Below are positions 36,066 through 49,815 of a stretch of DNA of 64,000 bases, one piece after another. The position numbers were made by a program, and so were the translations under genes. Source of the stretch: Chiloscyllium plagiosum (Eukaryota); contig NC_057719.1 in NCBI RefSeq assembly GCF_004010195.1, forward strand, positions 13,381,904-13,445,903, read 5' to 3'. Position 1 is the first letter of the stretch; the number at the start of each line of letters is the position of its first letter. Below the pieces are notes generated by a model. It was not told the DNA's origin. It saw only the letters and a program-made list of their open reading frames with translations, and ran no database searches.

Positions 36066-39000
36066 TTTTAAAATGTATTTTTGTTGAAAAATTGATTTTT
36101 TAATCTTACAACAAATGCAAAACAATACAAAGAAAGAGCCAAAATAAAATTGTAAAAAACCCAAACCGCCCTCAGGTACAAATGTATAAATATGTATAAA
36201 AAATATATATTAAAAAAAAACTCAACTAATTACTTAACTAAATGAACAACAAACCAATAAATAATAATAATACAACTCAGCTAAACAAAACACTAGCTCT
36301 CGAATATCAAGGGCATTAATTTTCACATATTCATGCATTCACAGTTTCCCTCTCTGGATATTCTGGATATTGGACTCGTAAAGCATAATCGTTATGGTTA
36401 TATAAAAGCCCTTATTAATGTGGCAAACAAATCTGTGTCCGTATCTTCCCATGCCTCTGAGAAGACCTCAATGCCTAGCTCTCTCTCCCACACCCTGCAG
36501 AGTCAATCAAACTCATCTGAGGGGCCGCACCCCCCCAATTGATGATATAAAGTGCTGACAGAAAATGTACTCTTAGCACTGAGCACCCTCCTCTCTATGT
36601 TGGATTTGTAGGGATCAGTCAAAAGTATAGTCTTTTATTGAATAAAATCCATAAATTGAAAAAAAAACGAAAGAGGTCCCTGCTAGATAGCTCATACTTC
36701 CATGCTAACTAACCAAAAGACATCATTGTGCTTCCCTCAAATAAATCCTCCATGCAAGATACACCCCTAGCTGCCCAATGTTTGAATCCTGAATCCTGAA
36801 TCCCCGGTTGAAAACCCGGCAGACCCATTATGTGACCACTTAAATGGAAATTGAGATTCACCCTCAAACCTAGCACCTCCATAAGACAACCCATAAATAT
36901 AGCCTCTGATTTTGCAAAATTAATCTTGTACCCCAAAAAGGTGCCAAACGAGCTGATGCATTGTATCAGGCGAGACACTGAAACGGCTGGATTTAACAAT
37001 GAGGACATTGTCACGTACAACAAAACCTTCTGTAATTTTGATCCCACTTCTGGAGCCAATGAATTAGGATCCCTCTGGATGGCCTCCGCCAACGGTTCAA
37101 TCACCAATGTAAAAAACAATGGTGAAAGGGGACAGCCCTGCCGACTGCCCCTAAAAAGTATTAAAATGGCTGGGTCATACCCCATTGGTGATGACTGCAG
37201 CAAGAGGGTCACTATAGAGAACCTTTACCCATCTTATAAAGGCTTCACCCAAGGCAGACTGCTCCAGAATATAAAAAAGGTATGGCCCCTCAACTCGGTC
37301 AAATGCCTTCTCTGCATCTGCAGAAAACACCAATCCCTATATTGACTGTTGTTGACACGCTTGAATTACATTAAGCAGCTTCCTAACGTTATTGGAGGAT
37401 CTGCAGCCTCTATGAAGCCTGTCTGGTCCTCTTTAACAATAGAAGGGACACAGTCTCCAGTCTTAATGCAAGAATCTTAGAGAGGATTTTAAAAGTCCAC
37501 ATTTAAGAGTGAAGTGGGCCTGTAAGAAGCACAGTCCTCCAAAACCATCCTTTTTTTTAAGAATGAGTGAAATATTGGCCTCTCTTAGAGATGGTGATCC
37601 AGACTGTTCGAGTCATTGAACATGTTGAGCATCGGGCCTGACAGCATGTTTATAAATTCCTTATAGAATTCACTGGGAAGTCCATCAGGACCGGGCGCCT
37701 TTCCACTTTGAAGCTGCTTCACAGCCTCCGGCACCTCTCGCTCTGATAAGGGGAGCATTGAGAAAGGACTGTTGTTCAGGGGTCACACCCAGGAGCTTCA
37801 GATCCTTGAAAAAAGACTCCATCTTGGCCCGCCCCTCCTCACAACCCTCAGATTGGTGCAATTCAGAGTAAAATCTCTGGAATGCTACTTTAATCTTTTT
37901 TGGAATTGCATGTTAGTTTCCCAGACCCTTCCCTAATTGACGTAGTGGCTTGAGTGGTGAGTACACTCGGTACCTGCCTGGTTTGTCACCATGCTCATAT
38001 AACCTTTGCTTTGCAAAAGTAAGCTCCTTCTTTGCTGTCTGCGTGAGCATGGAATTCAATGCAGACCGCAGCACCATAATCCTCTGTAGCTTGGCCAACG
38101 AGGGTCTGTCAAAGTAAACCTCCTCAGCTGCTTTCAACCATGCTTCGAGGAGACGTTGCAGCTCGCCCTTCTGCCACTTCCTACTGGCAGAGTAGGAAAT
38201 AACTAACGCCTGGCATAGGCTTTGGCAGTTTCCCAAAGGATGGATGGGCGACCAACTGAGCCTGAATTAATGTCTATGAACTCCCTAAATTCCTTAGAGA
38301 AGTACTCCACAAAGTTATCATCCCTAAAGATAAAGGGATCCATTCGCCAGTGCCTCGGGCCCGCTATAGGTAAACTGGAGCGTGATCGGAGATGGTACTA
38401 TTACCAATCGTACAAGATGCCACTAAGTCCAGGTTGCCATGGGGGTCAAACAAAAATCAATCCTATGTGACATCTGTGTGAATTGGAAAAATACTGTAAA
38501 ATCCCTGCCTGTAGGGTGGAGACCCCTGCAGATGTCCACCAACCCTATCTCCACACATAGATCCACTACAGAAAATAATCAGCCTGGAGTCCAGTTACTA
38601 GTGGTGTGCCACAAGGATCTGTTTTGGGACCATTGCCGTTTGTCATTTTTATAAATGACTTAAACGCAGGCATAGGTGGATGGATTAGTAAATTTGCAGG
38701 CGACACTAAAGTCGGTGGAGTAGTGGACAGTTTGGAAGAATGTTACAGGTTGCAGGGGTCTTGGATAAACTGCAGAATTGGGGTGAGAGGTGGCAAATGG
38801 AGTTCAGTGCAGCTAAATGTGAGGTGATGCACTTTGGGAAGAATAACAGGAATGGGTCAATGGAAAGATTCTTGGTAGTGTGGATGTGCAGAAGGATCTT
38901 GGAGTCCATGTGCATAGATCTCTGAAAGTTGCCACCCAGGTGGATAGTGCTGTTAAGAATGCATATGGTGTGTTAGGTTCCATTGGTAGAGGGATTGAGT

Positions 39001-41711
39001 TCCGGAACCGCAATATCATGCTGCAACTGTACAAAACACTGGTGCGGCCGCACTTGGAATATTGTGTACAGTTCTGGTCACCCCATTACAGGAAGGCTGT
39101 AGAAGCATTGGAAAAGGTGCAGAGGAGATTTGATAGGTGCAGAGGAGGTGCAGACCAGGATGTTGTCTGGTCTGGAGGGAAGGTCTTATGAGGAAAGGCT
39201 GAGAGACTTGGGTCTGTTACAAGATGATCAGAGGATTAGATAGGGTAGACAGTGCAAGACTTTTTCCTAGGATGATGACGTCACCTTGTACGAGAGGGCA
39301 TAACTACAAATTGATGGGTGATAGATTTAAGACTGATGTCAGAGGCAGGTTCTTTACACAGAGAGTGGTAAGGGTGTGGAATGCCCTACCTGCTAATGTA
39401 GTCAACTCAACCACATTAGGGAGATTTATATAATCCTTAGATAAGCACATGGATGATTTTGGGATAGTGTAGGGGGACGAGCTGAGAATAGTTCACAGGT
39501 CGGCGCAACATCAAGGGCTGAAGGGCCTGTTCTGCGCTGTATTGTTCTATGTTCTATGTTCTAATTGTTTAGTTTATACAGAGAGTATTGGGGGGCCTTT
39601 GGGCAACCTGTCTACTGTGGGATCCATGAAACAATTGAAGTCCCCCCCTGAAATGATAAGCCAGGACTCAAAACCTTTCAGCTTAGAGAACCCATCTACC
39701 AGAAATTTGAGGGGATAGGCCGGAGGGCAGCAAACATTTAAAACACTATATTCTTCCCCTTTTATCAAGGTTTTCAGGATTACAAACCTCTCAAGTGTGT
39801 CTTTAACACAGTCTAATAATTTAAATGAGTCCTCTTAACCAATATAGCTGCTCCCCTACTTCAGGTACTAAAAGATGAAAAGTAAACCCGATCAAAGCCA
39901 TCCTGGTGTAGTTTCAAATGCTCCCTATTATCCAAGTATGTCTCCTGTAATAAAGTAATATCCACCTTTTCCTTTCTAAGACTAGAAAGTACCTTCTTCC
40001 ACTTAATTGGTGAGTGACTCTCCTTGATGTTCCAGGTACATCATTTAATCAAGTCATTAGCCATAACCTTCTGCAGTAACAGTTAGATTCCAGAGAGGAG
40101 GAACTCGAATTACAAATCGCCGAGTCTTAGTGTCGCAAGATCCATCGAACATAAAAACTACATCAACTACAACCATGATAGTTAACAAACCAACAAAGCT
40201 ATTAAAGACTATATACAACAAAAACCAAGACACAAACCAACATATAAAGTGTCAACAGCACTCAATAGGAGAACCCATCCCCTGCCCAAAGGGGGCATCT
40301 ACATATCCCAGAACCCACTTCCCATCCCCCTGCCAATACAGCAGCCAGGGCATTTAAATACCTGAACTGGGCATAAACTGCCCATAAGTAGGCATCTAGC
40401 CATCCCAATCGTTTTCCCTCCTCCGAGCTAGAGCCGCACCACAAACACAAGCAGAAAAGAAAGAAAATATATCATGGAATAGCAATGTGAATAAAGACAT
40501 TTTGAAAAAAAAGGGTAAGTACCCCACCGATCATTTGGTGCAACTTAACTGAGAAACTGAAAGTACACATCCCTACTGTTCCCAAGCATAGTTTAGACCA
40601 GATTATTACCAATAATAAAAATAAGGAAAAGAAAGCCCCAACTGGACTTCCTCTGTTTTAAAAGAAAAGTTGAGACATACCCAAACTACACTACTATTTG
40701 TACATACTATTGTTCAGATTAAGTTAATTTGTCCACAAAGTCTCTTGCCTTCTCTGATGTGTCAAAGAGATGTATGGATCTATCTAAGGTGATCCAAAAC
40801 ACTGCCGGATACCTCTGAGTACTGGATCCCAAGCTCCCTCAGTCTTCTCTTGACGCCGTCATAGGATTTTCCTTTTTGGATCACGGCCGCTGAGGAGTCC
40901 AGGAAGAACACGATCATAGAGCCCTCATAAAGTAGGGCCTTTGGATCCTTGCCCTGGATTCTGGAAGCTTCCATGATTCTCTCCTTATCTCTATAGTAAT
41001 GAAACCGCACCAAGATACAATGAGGACGTTGATCCAGACCCGATCTCCGCGCAGTGACCTGGTGAGCCGTCTCAATCTTCAAGCTTCCCACTCCAGCCTC
41101 CAAGTTAAGAAATTTTGGGAACCAGTCCTCAAGTTCCACCAGCCGCTCACTCTCCTTACCCTCTGGCAGACCAACAATCTGAATATTTTTTCTCCTGCCT
41201 CTGTTGTCAAGGTCATCAACCTGGTCAAGCAAATTATGGACCTGTGTCTCCAGGGCTTGGTTCCTATCCTTGGAGGAATCAGTATCACCTTCCACCACTG
41301 TGACTCTGTGTTATACCTCACCCGTCCTTTTCTCCAGATCTCCCAGTGGCTGTTCATGCTTCTGCAGCATGAGAGAGATCGGGGCCAGCTTCTCCTCTAC
41401 TTGCTTGCCCAACATCTTGTGAGATTTCGCGAGCTCCTTCACCAGGATGTGGTAGGAAATCGAGTCTGAGGATCCTGCATTCTGGGCCGCAGGCCCGGCC
41501 TCAGATGTACCTCCTCCTTTCTTTGGCATCCCTGGACAATGAAAACCAAAGTAAGTTGATCCCTGACCATTTCCTATGACTCCACGATCTTTCCAGAGTC
41601 CCAGGATATCACAGTGGTCTGGGAAGGGTGGGCTAGGACTTCATCCCCCTTGAGATGTGGTGCGGAGCTCTGCAATGCGATTTTCCTGGATCGCTGCCAT
41701 CTTGGATTCCC
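36066..41711 (-). mobile_element. L1-clade LINE with both ends, degenerate and internally deleted
   Basis: ORF1 (~41529-40750): DLDNRGRRKNIQIVGLPEG...ILVRFHYYRDKERIMEASR. ORF2 from 40064: MANDLIK*CTWNIK..., GGDFNC, RGSRQGCPLSPLFFTLVIEPLA, GYKINFAKSE. A-rich 3' end near 36066; 5' end ggggaatccaagatggc. Confidence 0.9.
38581..39562 (+). mobile_element. CR1 3' portion inserted into L1 ORF2
   Basis: PQGSVLGPLPFVIFINDL...PHLEYCVQFWSP...FFTQRVVRVWNALP; tail (tatgttc)n. Confidence 0.9.
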
Positions 41712-42816
41712 CTCAATGTCTTTTAAACTTTGTAACTGTGCCCACGTCCACCATTTCCTCAGGAAGTTCATTCCACACATGAACCACCCTCTGTGTAAAA
41801 TCTTTGCCCCCATGCCTTTTTAAAATCTCTCTCCTCTCACCTTAAATATGAGTCCCCTGGTCTTGAAATCCCTCATCCTAGAGAAAAGGCAACTAAGCCT
41901 ATCTATACCTCTCATTATTTTATAAACTTCTCTAAGGTCGTCTCTCAACCTCCTATGCTCCAGTGGAAAAAGTCCCATCTAATCCAGCCTGTCTTTATAA
42001 CTCAAACCTCTCCTACTGGACAACATCCTGTAAATCCGTTCTTAACCCTCTCCAGTTTAATAATATCCTTTGTGTAACTGGATGACCCCCAACTGCACAC
42101 AGTATTCCAGAAGAGGCCTCACCAATCTTCTATACAGCGTCAAGCATTTTAGGCCCAGTGTGTGTATATCTGTCTTTAGCCCCATTATTTTCCCCATTAC
42201 TTTTTAATCCAGTGACAGCTAATATATTTATTTCCTTTCCCTTGATTCAGTATGTTTGGAATGCTGTTAGTATTTATTCAACTGCCTGTTCCTGGTTCCC
42301 CATTATTATTTCCTCATCCCGATTCTCTAAGGGGCCTATTTTCACTTGTCTCAAGAAGAAACACACTCGACAAGAAATATTAACTCTCTCTCGACAGATG
42401 CTGCCAGATGCTCCTCTACATGGCGGCTGCTCCCATCAAAGGCCCCAGCCCCTTTCCAGGTGTAACCACCCTTCAGTCAATCTCACACCCCCCTGGCCTT
42501 TCTTCTTGAACCCCCACCCCGTCCCCTCACGTCCACCCACAACAAACCACTCCTCCTCCCTGGGGCCAGTTTATTTGATACATGACTGAATTGTTGGCCC
42601 AGATCCAGTACAGCATGTCTCCTGAAACCCCAAGTGCAGTACCAGCTGTGGCCACCATACATGGTGTCACTATGGGACAGTCATCATTCTGCTGGCATGA
42701 TCACCTTGACATATCCACTGACACCACAGGAACTAGGTATTCTGTTAAGACCAGCCAATTGGAGGAAAAAAACTTCATTTACATAGCACTTTTCATAATT
42801 GCAGGCTGTCCCAACG

Positions 42817-43707
42817 GTTCTATCTTCCTATTCATATACCCATTCAGATGTTTTTTAAATGTTGTAACTGTCCCATCTTCCACCATTTCCTCTGACAGCT
42901 CACTCCATTCACACACTGTCCTTTGCGTGAAAAAAGTTGCCCCTCTTACCCTAAACCTATTACCTATACCCTCTAGGTTTGGACTCCCCGACCCCAGGGA
43001 AAAGACCTTGTTTATTTATCTTATCCATGCCCCTCATGGTTTTATAAACCTCTGTAAGATAACCGCTCAACCTCTGACGCTCCAGGGAAAACAGCCCCAG
43101 CCTACTTAGCCTCTCCCTTTAGCTCAAACCCTCCAACTCTGGCAACATCCTTGCAAATCTTTTCTGAACCCTTACAAGTTTCACAACATCTTTCCGATAG
43201 GAAGGAGACCAGAATTGCACGCAATATTCCAACAATGGCCTAACCAATGTCCTGTACAGCTGCAACATGACCTCCCAACTCCTATACTCAATACTCTGAC
43301 CAATAAAGGAAAGCATATCAAACGCCTTCTTCACTATTCTATCTACTTGTCATTTTACTTTCAAGGAGCTATGAACCTGCACTCCAAGGTCTCTTTGTTC
43401 AGCAACACTCCCCAGGACCTTACCATTAAGTGTATAAGTCCTGCTCTGATTTGTTTTCCAAAATGCAGCACTTCGTATTTATCTGAATTAAACTCCATCT
43501 GGCACTCATCAGACAATTGGCCCATCTGATCAAGATCCCATTGTAATCTGAAGTAACCTTCTTCACTGTTCATCACACTTTCAATTTGTTGTCATCTGCA
43601 AACTTACTAACTATACCTCCTATGTTCATATCCAAATCATTTATATAAATGACGAAATGCGGCAGACCCAGCACCGATCCCTGTGGCACACCACTGATCA
43701 CAGACTT
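42817..43707 (-). mobile_element. CR1 RT-to-3' portion
   Basis: RPLLEYCVQFWSP, QMEFNSDKYEVLHFGK, and gtgccacagggatcggtgctggg on the reverse strand. Confidence 0.88.
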
Positions 43708-43711
43708 ACAT

Positions 43712-43908
43712 CCCTGCTCTTCCTCAAAATAAGAGCATGGGATTTTTCACATATATCTAAGAAGTGAATGGGGCTTTGATTTAATGTCTCATCCAGAATA
43801 CAGGACTTCCAGCAATGCACAGAAGTGCCAACCCTTAATTTCTCTCCTCCAGTCCCTAGAGTGGGATTTCAAACCTGAGTCATATTCTGAGTCGTGAGAG
43901 CGGCCATT
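43712..43908 (-). mobile_element. SacSINE1/Deu-SINE-like element (head plus Deu domain); possible tail at ~42765-42815
   Basis: ccctgctcttcctcaaaataagagcatgggattttt...tttaatgtctcatcc resembles the reverse of the Deu-domain core. Confidence 0.6.
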
Positions 43909-44164
43909 GAAGACAAAAGTAGCATCCAGTTCCCAGAAACAAGCTGCATGTCAGTGACCATGCTCTACAGGCAAGTCACCTTAAGCACTCTGGTGATCTT
44001 CCTTGCACTTGCATTCAATAATAATCTGGAAAAGGCAAAAAAGCAAAACAAAGGATGGAAGAGGAACAAAATTCTCTATTTAAAACGAAAGGAATGTAAC
44101 TTGATGATGTCTAGAGTGATTCAGATACTTTTTGTGTCATTGCATTATACTATTCATAATTTTG

Positions 44165-44312
44165 ATGGAGAGGTGCTGGTGTTGGACTGAAGTGGACAGA
44201 GTCAGAGGTCACATGACACCAGGTTTTAGTCCAACAGGACTCAATCACAAGCTTATTTAAAATCACAAGCTTTTTGAGCGCTGGTTCTTCGTCAGGTGAA
44301 GTGACTTCTGAC
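44165..44312 (-). mobile_element. Penelope-derived terminus (family 2 variant)
   Basis: Reverse TCAC-CTGACGA-AGAACCAGCGCTC-AAAA-AGCTT-GTGA, a mutated hammerhead core. Confidence 0.6.
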
Positions 44313-44364
44313 TACATGGTACAAGGGCACTGATTGGGTGTCTACTTGATGACAGTTTTTAAAA

Positions 44365-44675
44365 TTAATTTATGGGATAAGGGCTGGCTGGCTAGACAGC
44401 ATTTATTGCCCATCCCTAATTGCCCAGAGAGCAGTTAAGACTCAATCACATTGCTGTGGGTGTGGAGTCACATGTAAGGATGGCAGCTTCTCTCCTTAAA
44501 ACACATTAGTGATCCAGATGGGTTTTTCCAACAATCAGCAATAAATTGATGGTTATCATTTGGCTCTTTTATCCACATAACTATTCGATTTCCACCATCT
44601 GCAATGGCAAGATTTGAACACAAATCTCCAGAGCATTATCTTGGTCTGGATTAGCAGTCCAGTGGTAATACCACT
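44365..44675 (-). mobile_element. SINE family B
   Basis: cagcatttattgcccatccctaattgcccagagagcagttaagactc. Confidence 0.75.
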
Positions 44676-45000
44676 TGTCCAAGGTATCAAGGTATCTGCT
44701 CCACCTATGGAGCCTGGGGCAGTTGTCCCCCAATGTTTGGTTAAGTTAACAAAGACACAATGTTTGTTTTGTGTTTTCACATGTTGCTTATTTTTGCAGA
44801 GGACAGGTCCTTGTGTAAGAATTTATTTCACTTCTAAAAGTGCACATAATCTAAAATTGGCTGTTCATGTAATTCTTGGCACAATCTTTCCAACAACTAT
44901 CCTTTCTCAACCAGAATATGTTGAGATTTATCTCCGAGGAGTTTAGTTCCTTACTTTATTAACTCATTCCCCAGGGGGATATTGTTTATTTCTGCCCCTT

Positions 45001-45426
45001 ATGGAGTCATAGAGATGTAAAGCATGGAACCAGACCCTTCAGTCCAACCCGTCCATATCCCAATCCAATCTAGTCTCACCTGCCAGCACCCGGCCCATAT
45101 CCCTCCAAACCCTTCCTATAATGTTGCAATTGTACCAGCCTCCACCACACCCTCTGGCAGCTCATTCCATACATGTACCACCTTCTGAATGAAAACGTTG
45201 CCCCTTAGGTCTCTTTTATATCTTTTGCCTCTCACCCTAAACCTATGGCCTCCAATTCTGTACTCCCCGACCCCAGGGAAAAGACTTTGCCTATTTACCC
45301 TATCCATGCCCCTCATAATTTTGTACACCTCTATAAGGTCACCCCTCAGCCTCTGACGCTCCAGGGAAAACAGCCCTAGCCTGTTCAGCCTCTCCCTATA
45401 GCTCAAATCCTCCCACCCTGGCAACC
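45001..45426 (-). mobile_element. CR1 3' end
   Basis: LSYRERLNRLGLFSLERQRLRGDLIEVYKIM. Confidence 0.88.
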
Positions 45427-45429
45427 AGT

Positions 45430-45721
45430 GGGTGGCACGGTGGCACAGTGGCTAGCACTGCTGCCTCACAGCACCAGAGACCCGGGTTCAATACCCGCCT
45501 CAGGTGACTCTCTGTGTGGAGTTTGCACGTTCTCCCCGTGTCTGTGTGGGTTCCCTCCGGGTGCTCCGGTTTCCTCCCACAATCAAAAAAAAATGTGCGG
45601 GTTAGGTGTATTGGCCAGGCTAGTAGTTTTAGGTGAAGGGGTAAATGTAGGGTGGGGGTCGGTTGTGTGTCGGTGTTGACTTGTTGAGCCGAAGGGCCTG
45701 TTTCCACACTGTAAGTAATCT
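45430..45721 (+). mobile_element. HE1-like V-SINE
   Basis: Same consensus as 31507-31806. Confidence 0.9.
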
Positions 45722-46549
45722 TCTGACACTGATTTTGCCTCAATATGTTCACCTCCTTAAGAGTTTAGTTCTAATCACTGTCTGTGCACCAACTTCTCAA
45801 ATATCAAAATTCAAGCTTCTTCAGGTATCTCATCCCTCTTCCTTTTAATACCTAAGCATAGCATCATAGAATAGCTACAGAGTGAGGAATTTATCAGGGT
45901 GAGGGATTTTTGATTCCCTGGTGATGCCACTTTTGATTCTCTGGTGATCTTCCTTACACTTGCATGCAACATATTTCTGGCAAACATCCAAAGATAAGAC
46001 CAAACCAATGGATGGAAGAGGAAGATAATTCTCTAATATAAAAAATGAATATAATTCAATGATGTCCAGAATGATCTGGGAAATTTCGTTTTGTCTAATT
46101 GTGTTCCATGCCATTCATAATTTTGTGAAAAGAACTGAGATAAATCCAACTGACAGGGTCATTAAATCTGAAATAGCACTGGATAAATTGAGGTGGGAAT
46201 GCTCAATGATTAGAATTTTAATTTGTAAGTAATGGATATTGTTATTGAGTTTACACTTAAGTGAATATACACAGTGAGTGCCTTGCAATATACTTCTCTC
46301 AATGCAAACATAACAGTGAAATTAAATCTCCTTATGCAATGAACCTCACGCTTCCTTCAATCTCATCAAATTGCCAAAGGTCTACTTCCACACCAGTTAT
46401 GCAGCAGGACATACCATTCCGTTTAACTTCCCAGCTATATCTTTCACTGGGCCAAGAAATCACTCTCTTCCGGTCCAACATACAAAATTGAAAACAAACT
46501 TGAGTGAAGCCTGCTTTATCACAGTCAGAATCAGAATTGAAGGAGTGAA

Positions 46550-48055
46550 CAACAAAGAGATCAAAGAACAAAGAACAACACTGCACAGGAATAGCCTTCA
46601 AAGCCTGTACCACCACATTTTGCCCTTCCATATTTAAAACTGTCTTCACTTACAGAATCCATATCCCTCTCTCCCTTCCTATTCGTCCAGGTACTTAGAC
46701 TATAAGACAAAGGAGCAGAAATTAGGCCATTCAACCCATTAAGTCTGCTCCATCATTCATTCATGGCTGATAAGTTTCTCAACCCCATTCTCCTGCTTTC
46801 TCCCCGTAACCCATGATCCCCTTTACAATCAAGAACCTATCTACCTCAGTCTTAAAAGCACTCAATGACCTGGCCTCCACAACCTTCTGTGGCAATGAAT
46901 TCCATAGATTCACCATTCTCTGAAGATGTTTCTCCTTACCTCCATTTTAAAACGTCTTCCCTTTACTCTAAGGCTGTGCCCTCAGGTCCTAGCCTCTCCT
47001 GCCAATGGAAACATCTTCCCAACATCTACTCTGTCCAGGCCATTCATATTCTGTAGGTCGCACACCCCCTCCCATCCTGTTTCTTGAATTTTGTCTGCTT
47101 CCACCACTTCCTCTGGAAGCATGTTCCAGGCACTCACCACTCTTTGTGTGAAAAACATGCCTCGCACATCTCTTTTAAACATTCCCCGTTGCATCTTGAA
47201 CCTGTGTCCCCTAGTAATTGACCCCTCCATCCTGGGAAAAAGCCTCATAATTTCTACTTTATCCATGTCATTCACAATCTCATAAAATTCTATCAGATTG
47301 CCCCTCAGCCTCCAGTGAAAACAATCCCAGTATATCCAATCTTCCTTCATAGCTGAAAATCCTGTACTAGGCAACATCCTGGTAAACCTTTTCTGTACTC
47401 TCTCCAAAGCATCCACATCCTTCTGGTACTGAGGTGACCAGACTGTACACAATATTCCAAGCCTGGCCCAATTAAAATTCTATAAAGCTGCATCATAACT
47501 TGTCTATCCTCATATTCAATTACGTTTCCAATGAAGGCAAGTATGCCATAAGCCTTTTTTACTCCCTTATCTACCTGCACTGCCTCATTCAGTGGTCTGT
47601 GGACCTGCACACCCAGATCTCTCTGTATATCAATACTTCTCCAAATCAGTTATGCAGACCACGAACAGCAAAGGTCCCAACACTGATCTTTGTGGAATGC
47701 CATTCAGCACAGCCCTTCATTCTGAAAAGTATCCTTCCACCGCTACCCTCTGCCTCCGATAACTAAGCCAGTTCTGTATCTATCTTGCCAGTTCACCCGT
47801 GATACCATGTGATACCTTTTATACCAGTCTGCCATGAGGGACCTTGTCAAAGGCTTTATGGAAGTCCATGTAGTCAACATCAACCACTTTTCCCTCATCA
47901 ATCATCTTTGTCACCTCCTCAAAAAGCTCGATCAAGTTAGTGAGGCACAATCTCCCTCACACAAAACTGTGCTGCTAATCGCTAATGAGTCCATTTGTTC
48001 TAAATGGACAGAGATCTGGGTCCTTGAGAATCTTTTCTAATAATTTCCCTACTCA
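46550..48055 (-). mobile_element. Stacked/nested CR1 fragments
   Basis: Two tails (~46550, ~46695); FFTQRVVSAWN, LEYCVQ, and gacttccataaagcctttgacaagg on the reverse strand. Confidence 0.8.
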
Positions 48056-48672
48056 TCTTGAGGGACGAGAAGGTTGGATCGAATGGAAAAAAGTGTTTCC
48101 CCAGTTGGAAATATTCAGAGTTTTATAAAATATTTTCACTTGCACTATCTTGAAGCATGCAGTTATAGGAAATGACAGTCACACTGTCGACTCTCCTGGG
48201 TATGTTCTCCAGTCAGTAAACGGGAGTGAAGAGTTGGCACCAGCATTAATGCGTCCTCAATTTATTGGGGCTCTGTAACTTGCTGAACCAAGCCAGTGTC
48301 TCAGTCTCGAAATTGGCTTCAAGCTTTTTGATTGCATCAGCTACCTTCTAGTGACCAGGGAAATAAAGATGTGATCTATGAATGTAATACGCAATTTAAT
48401 ACAAAAACCACTTAAGAAAATGCTCCATCGTATAGTAAACTGAAAAAATAACTATTTCCCAAGTGTTCTTCCGTTCCCATTGCAAGCCTGAAACCATTTG
48501 ACAAGTCAGTTAGATGCAGAAGGACACCCTTACTGAATGTTAATAAGATATACCATGACCCTTGACTAAGGGGAAAGACGGACATGGGTCTGAAGGACAG
48601 CAGATTTTTTCAGCTCCAGGCAATTCTGTTGATGTCACCTTGGCTAAGTAAGAGCATCTTGTTTCTAAGTTA

Positions 48673-48973
48673 GGGGTGGCTTGGTGGCTCAGTGGTTAGC
48701 ACTGCTGCCTCGCATCACCAACATCCCAGGTTCGTTTCCAGCCTCAGGCACCTGTTTGTGTGGAGTTTGCACTTTCTCCCCATGTCTGCATGGGTTTCCT
48801 CTGGGTGCTCCGGTTTCCTCCCACAATCCAAAGATGTGCAGGTCAGGTGAATTGTCCATAGTGTTAGGTGCATTAGTCAGAGGGAAATGGGTCTGGATGG
48901 GTTACTCTTCAGAGGGTCGGTGTGGACTTGTTGGGCCGAAGGGCCTGTATCCACACTGTAGGGAATCTAATCT
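48673..48973 (+). mobile_element. HE1-like V-SINE
   Basis: Head, V-domain and tail as in the other copies. Confidence 0.88.
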
Positions 48974-49002
48974 TAGAAAGTTGGGGGTTCAAGTTCCAAT
49001 AA

Positions 49003-49815
49003 GAATGGAGGAGTGGCAGATGGAGTTTAATTTAGATAAATATAAGGTGCTACATTCTGGAAAGGCAAATTTGACCAGGATTTATACACTTAATGGTAAG
49101 TTCTTAGGGAGTGTTCCCGAACAAAAACACCTTGAGGTGCAGGTTCATAGTCCCTTGAAGGTGGAGTCACAGATAGACAGGATAGTGATGAAGGCATTTG
49201 GTATGCTTGCCTTTATTGGCCAGTGCATTGAGTTTAGGAGTTGGAAGGTCATGTTACGACTGTTAGGCCACTTTTGGAATATTGCATTCAATTCTGGTCT
49301 TCCTGCTATAGGAAAGATGTTGTGAAGCTTGAAAGGCTTCAGAGAAGATTTACAAGGATGTTGCCAGGGTTTGAGGATTTGAACTATAGGGAGAGGCTGA
49401 CTAGGCTGGGGCTGTTTTCCCTGGAGTGTCGGAGGTTGAGGGGTGACCTTGTAGAGGTTTATAAAATCACAAGGGACATGGATAGGATAAATAGATAAGG
49501 TATTTTTCCTGGGGTGGGGTGTCCAAAACTAGAGGGCATTCATTTAAGCTGAAAGGGGAAGGATTTAACAGGGACCTAAAGGGAGACTTTTTCACACAGA
49601 GGGTGGTGCGGTTATGGAATGAGCTGCCAGAAGAAGTGATGAAGGCTGGTACAATTACAGCATTTAAAAAATATCTGGGTGGGTACATGAATAGGAAGTA
49701 TTTAGAGGAACATGGGCTGAGTGCTGGCAAGTGGGACTACATTTATATGGGATATCTGGTTAGCATGGATGATTTGGACCGAAGGGCCTGTTTCTGTGCT
49801 GTACATCTCTATGCC
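49003..49815 (+). mobile_element. CR1 3' portion
   Basis: WQMEFNLDKYKVLH, RPLLEYCIQFWS, FFTQRVVRLWNELP, plus tail. Confidence 0.9.

Larger units (their letters stand above)
35911..42145 (-). mobile_element. CR1 3' portion (35911-36065 and 41712-42145) split by the L1 insertion
   Basis: CR1 tail sequence stops at ...aattgtctttt and resumes at aatgtcttttaaactttgtaac... Confidence 0.8.
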
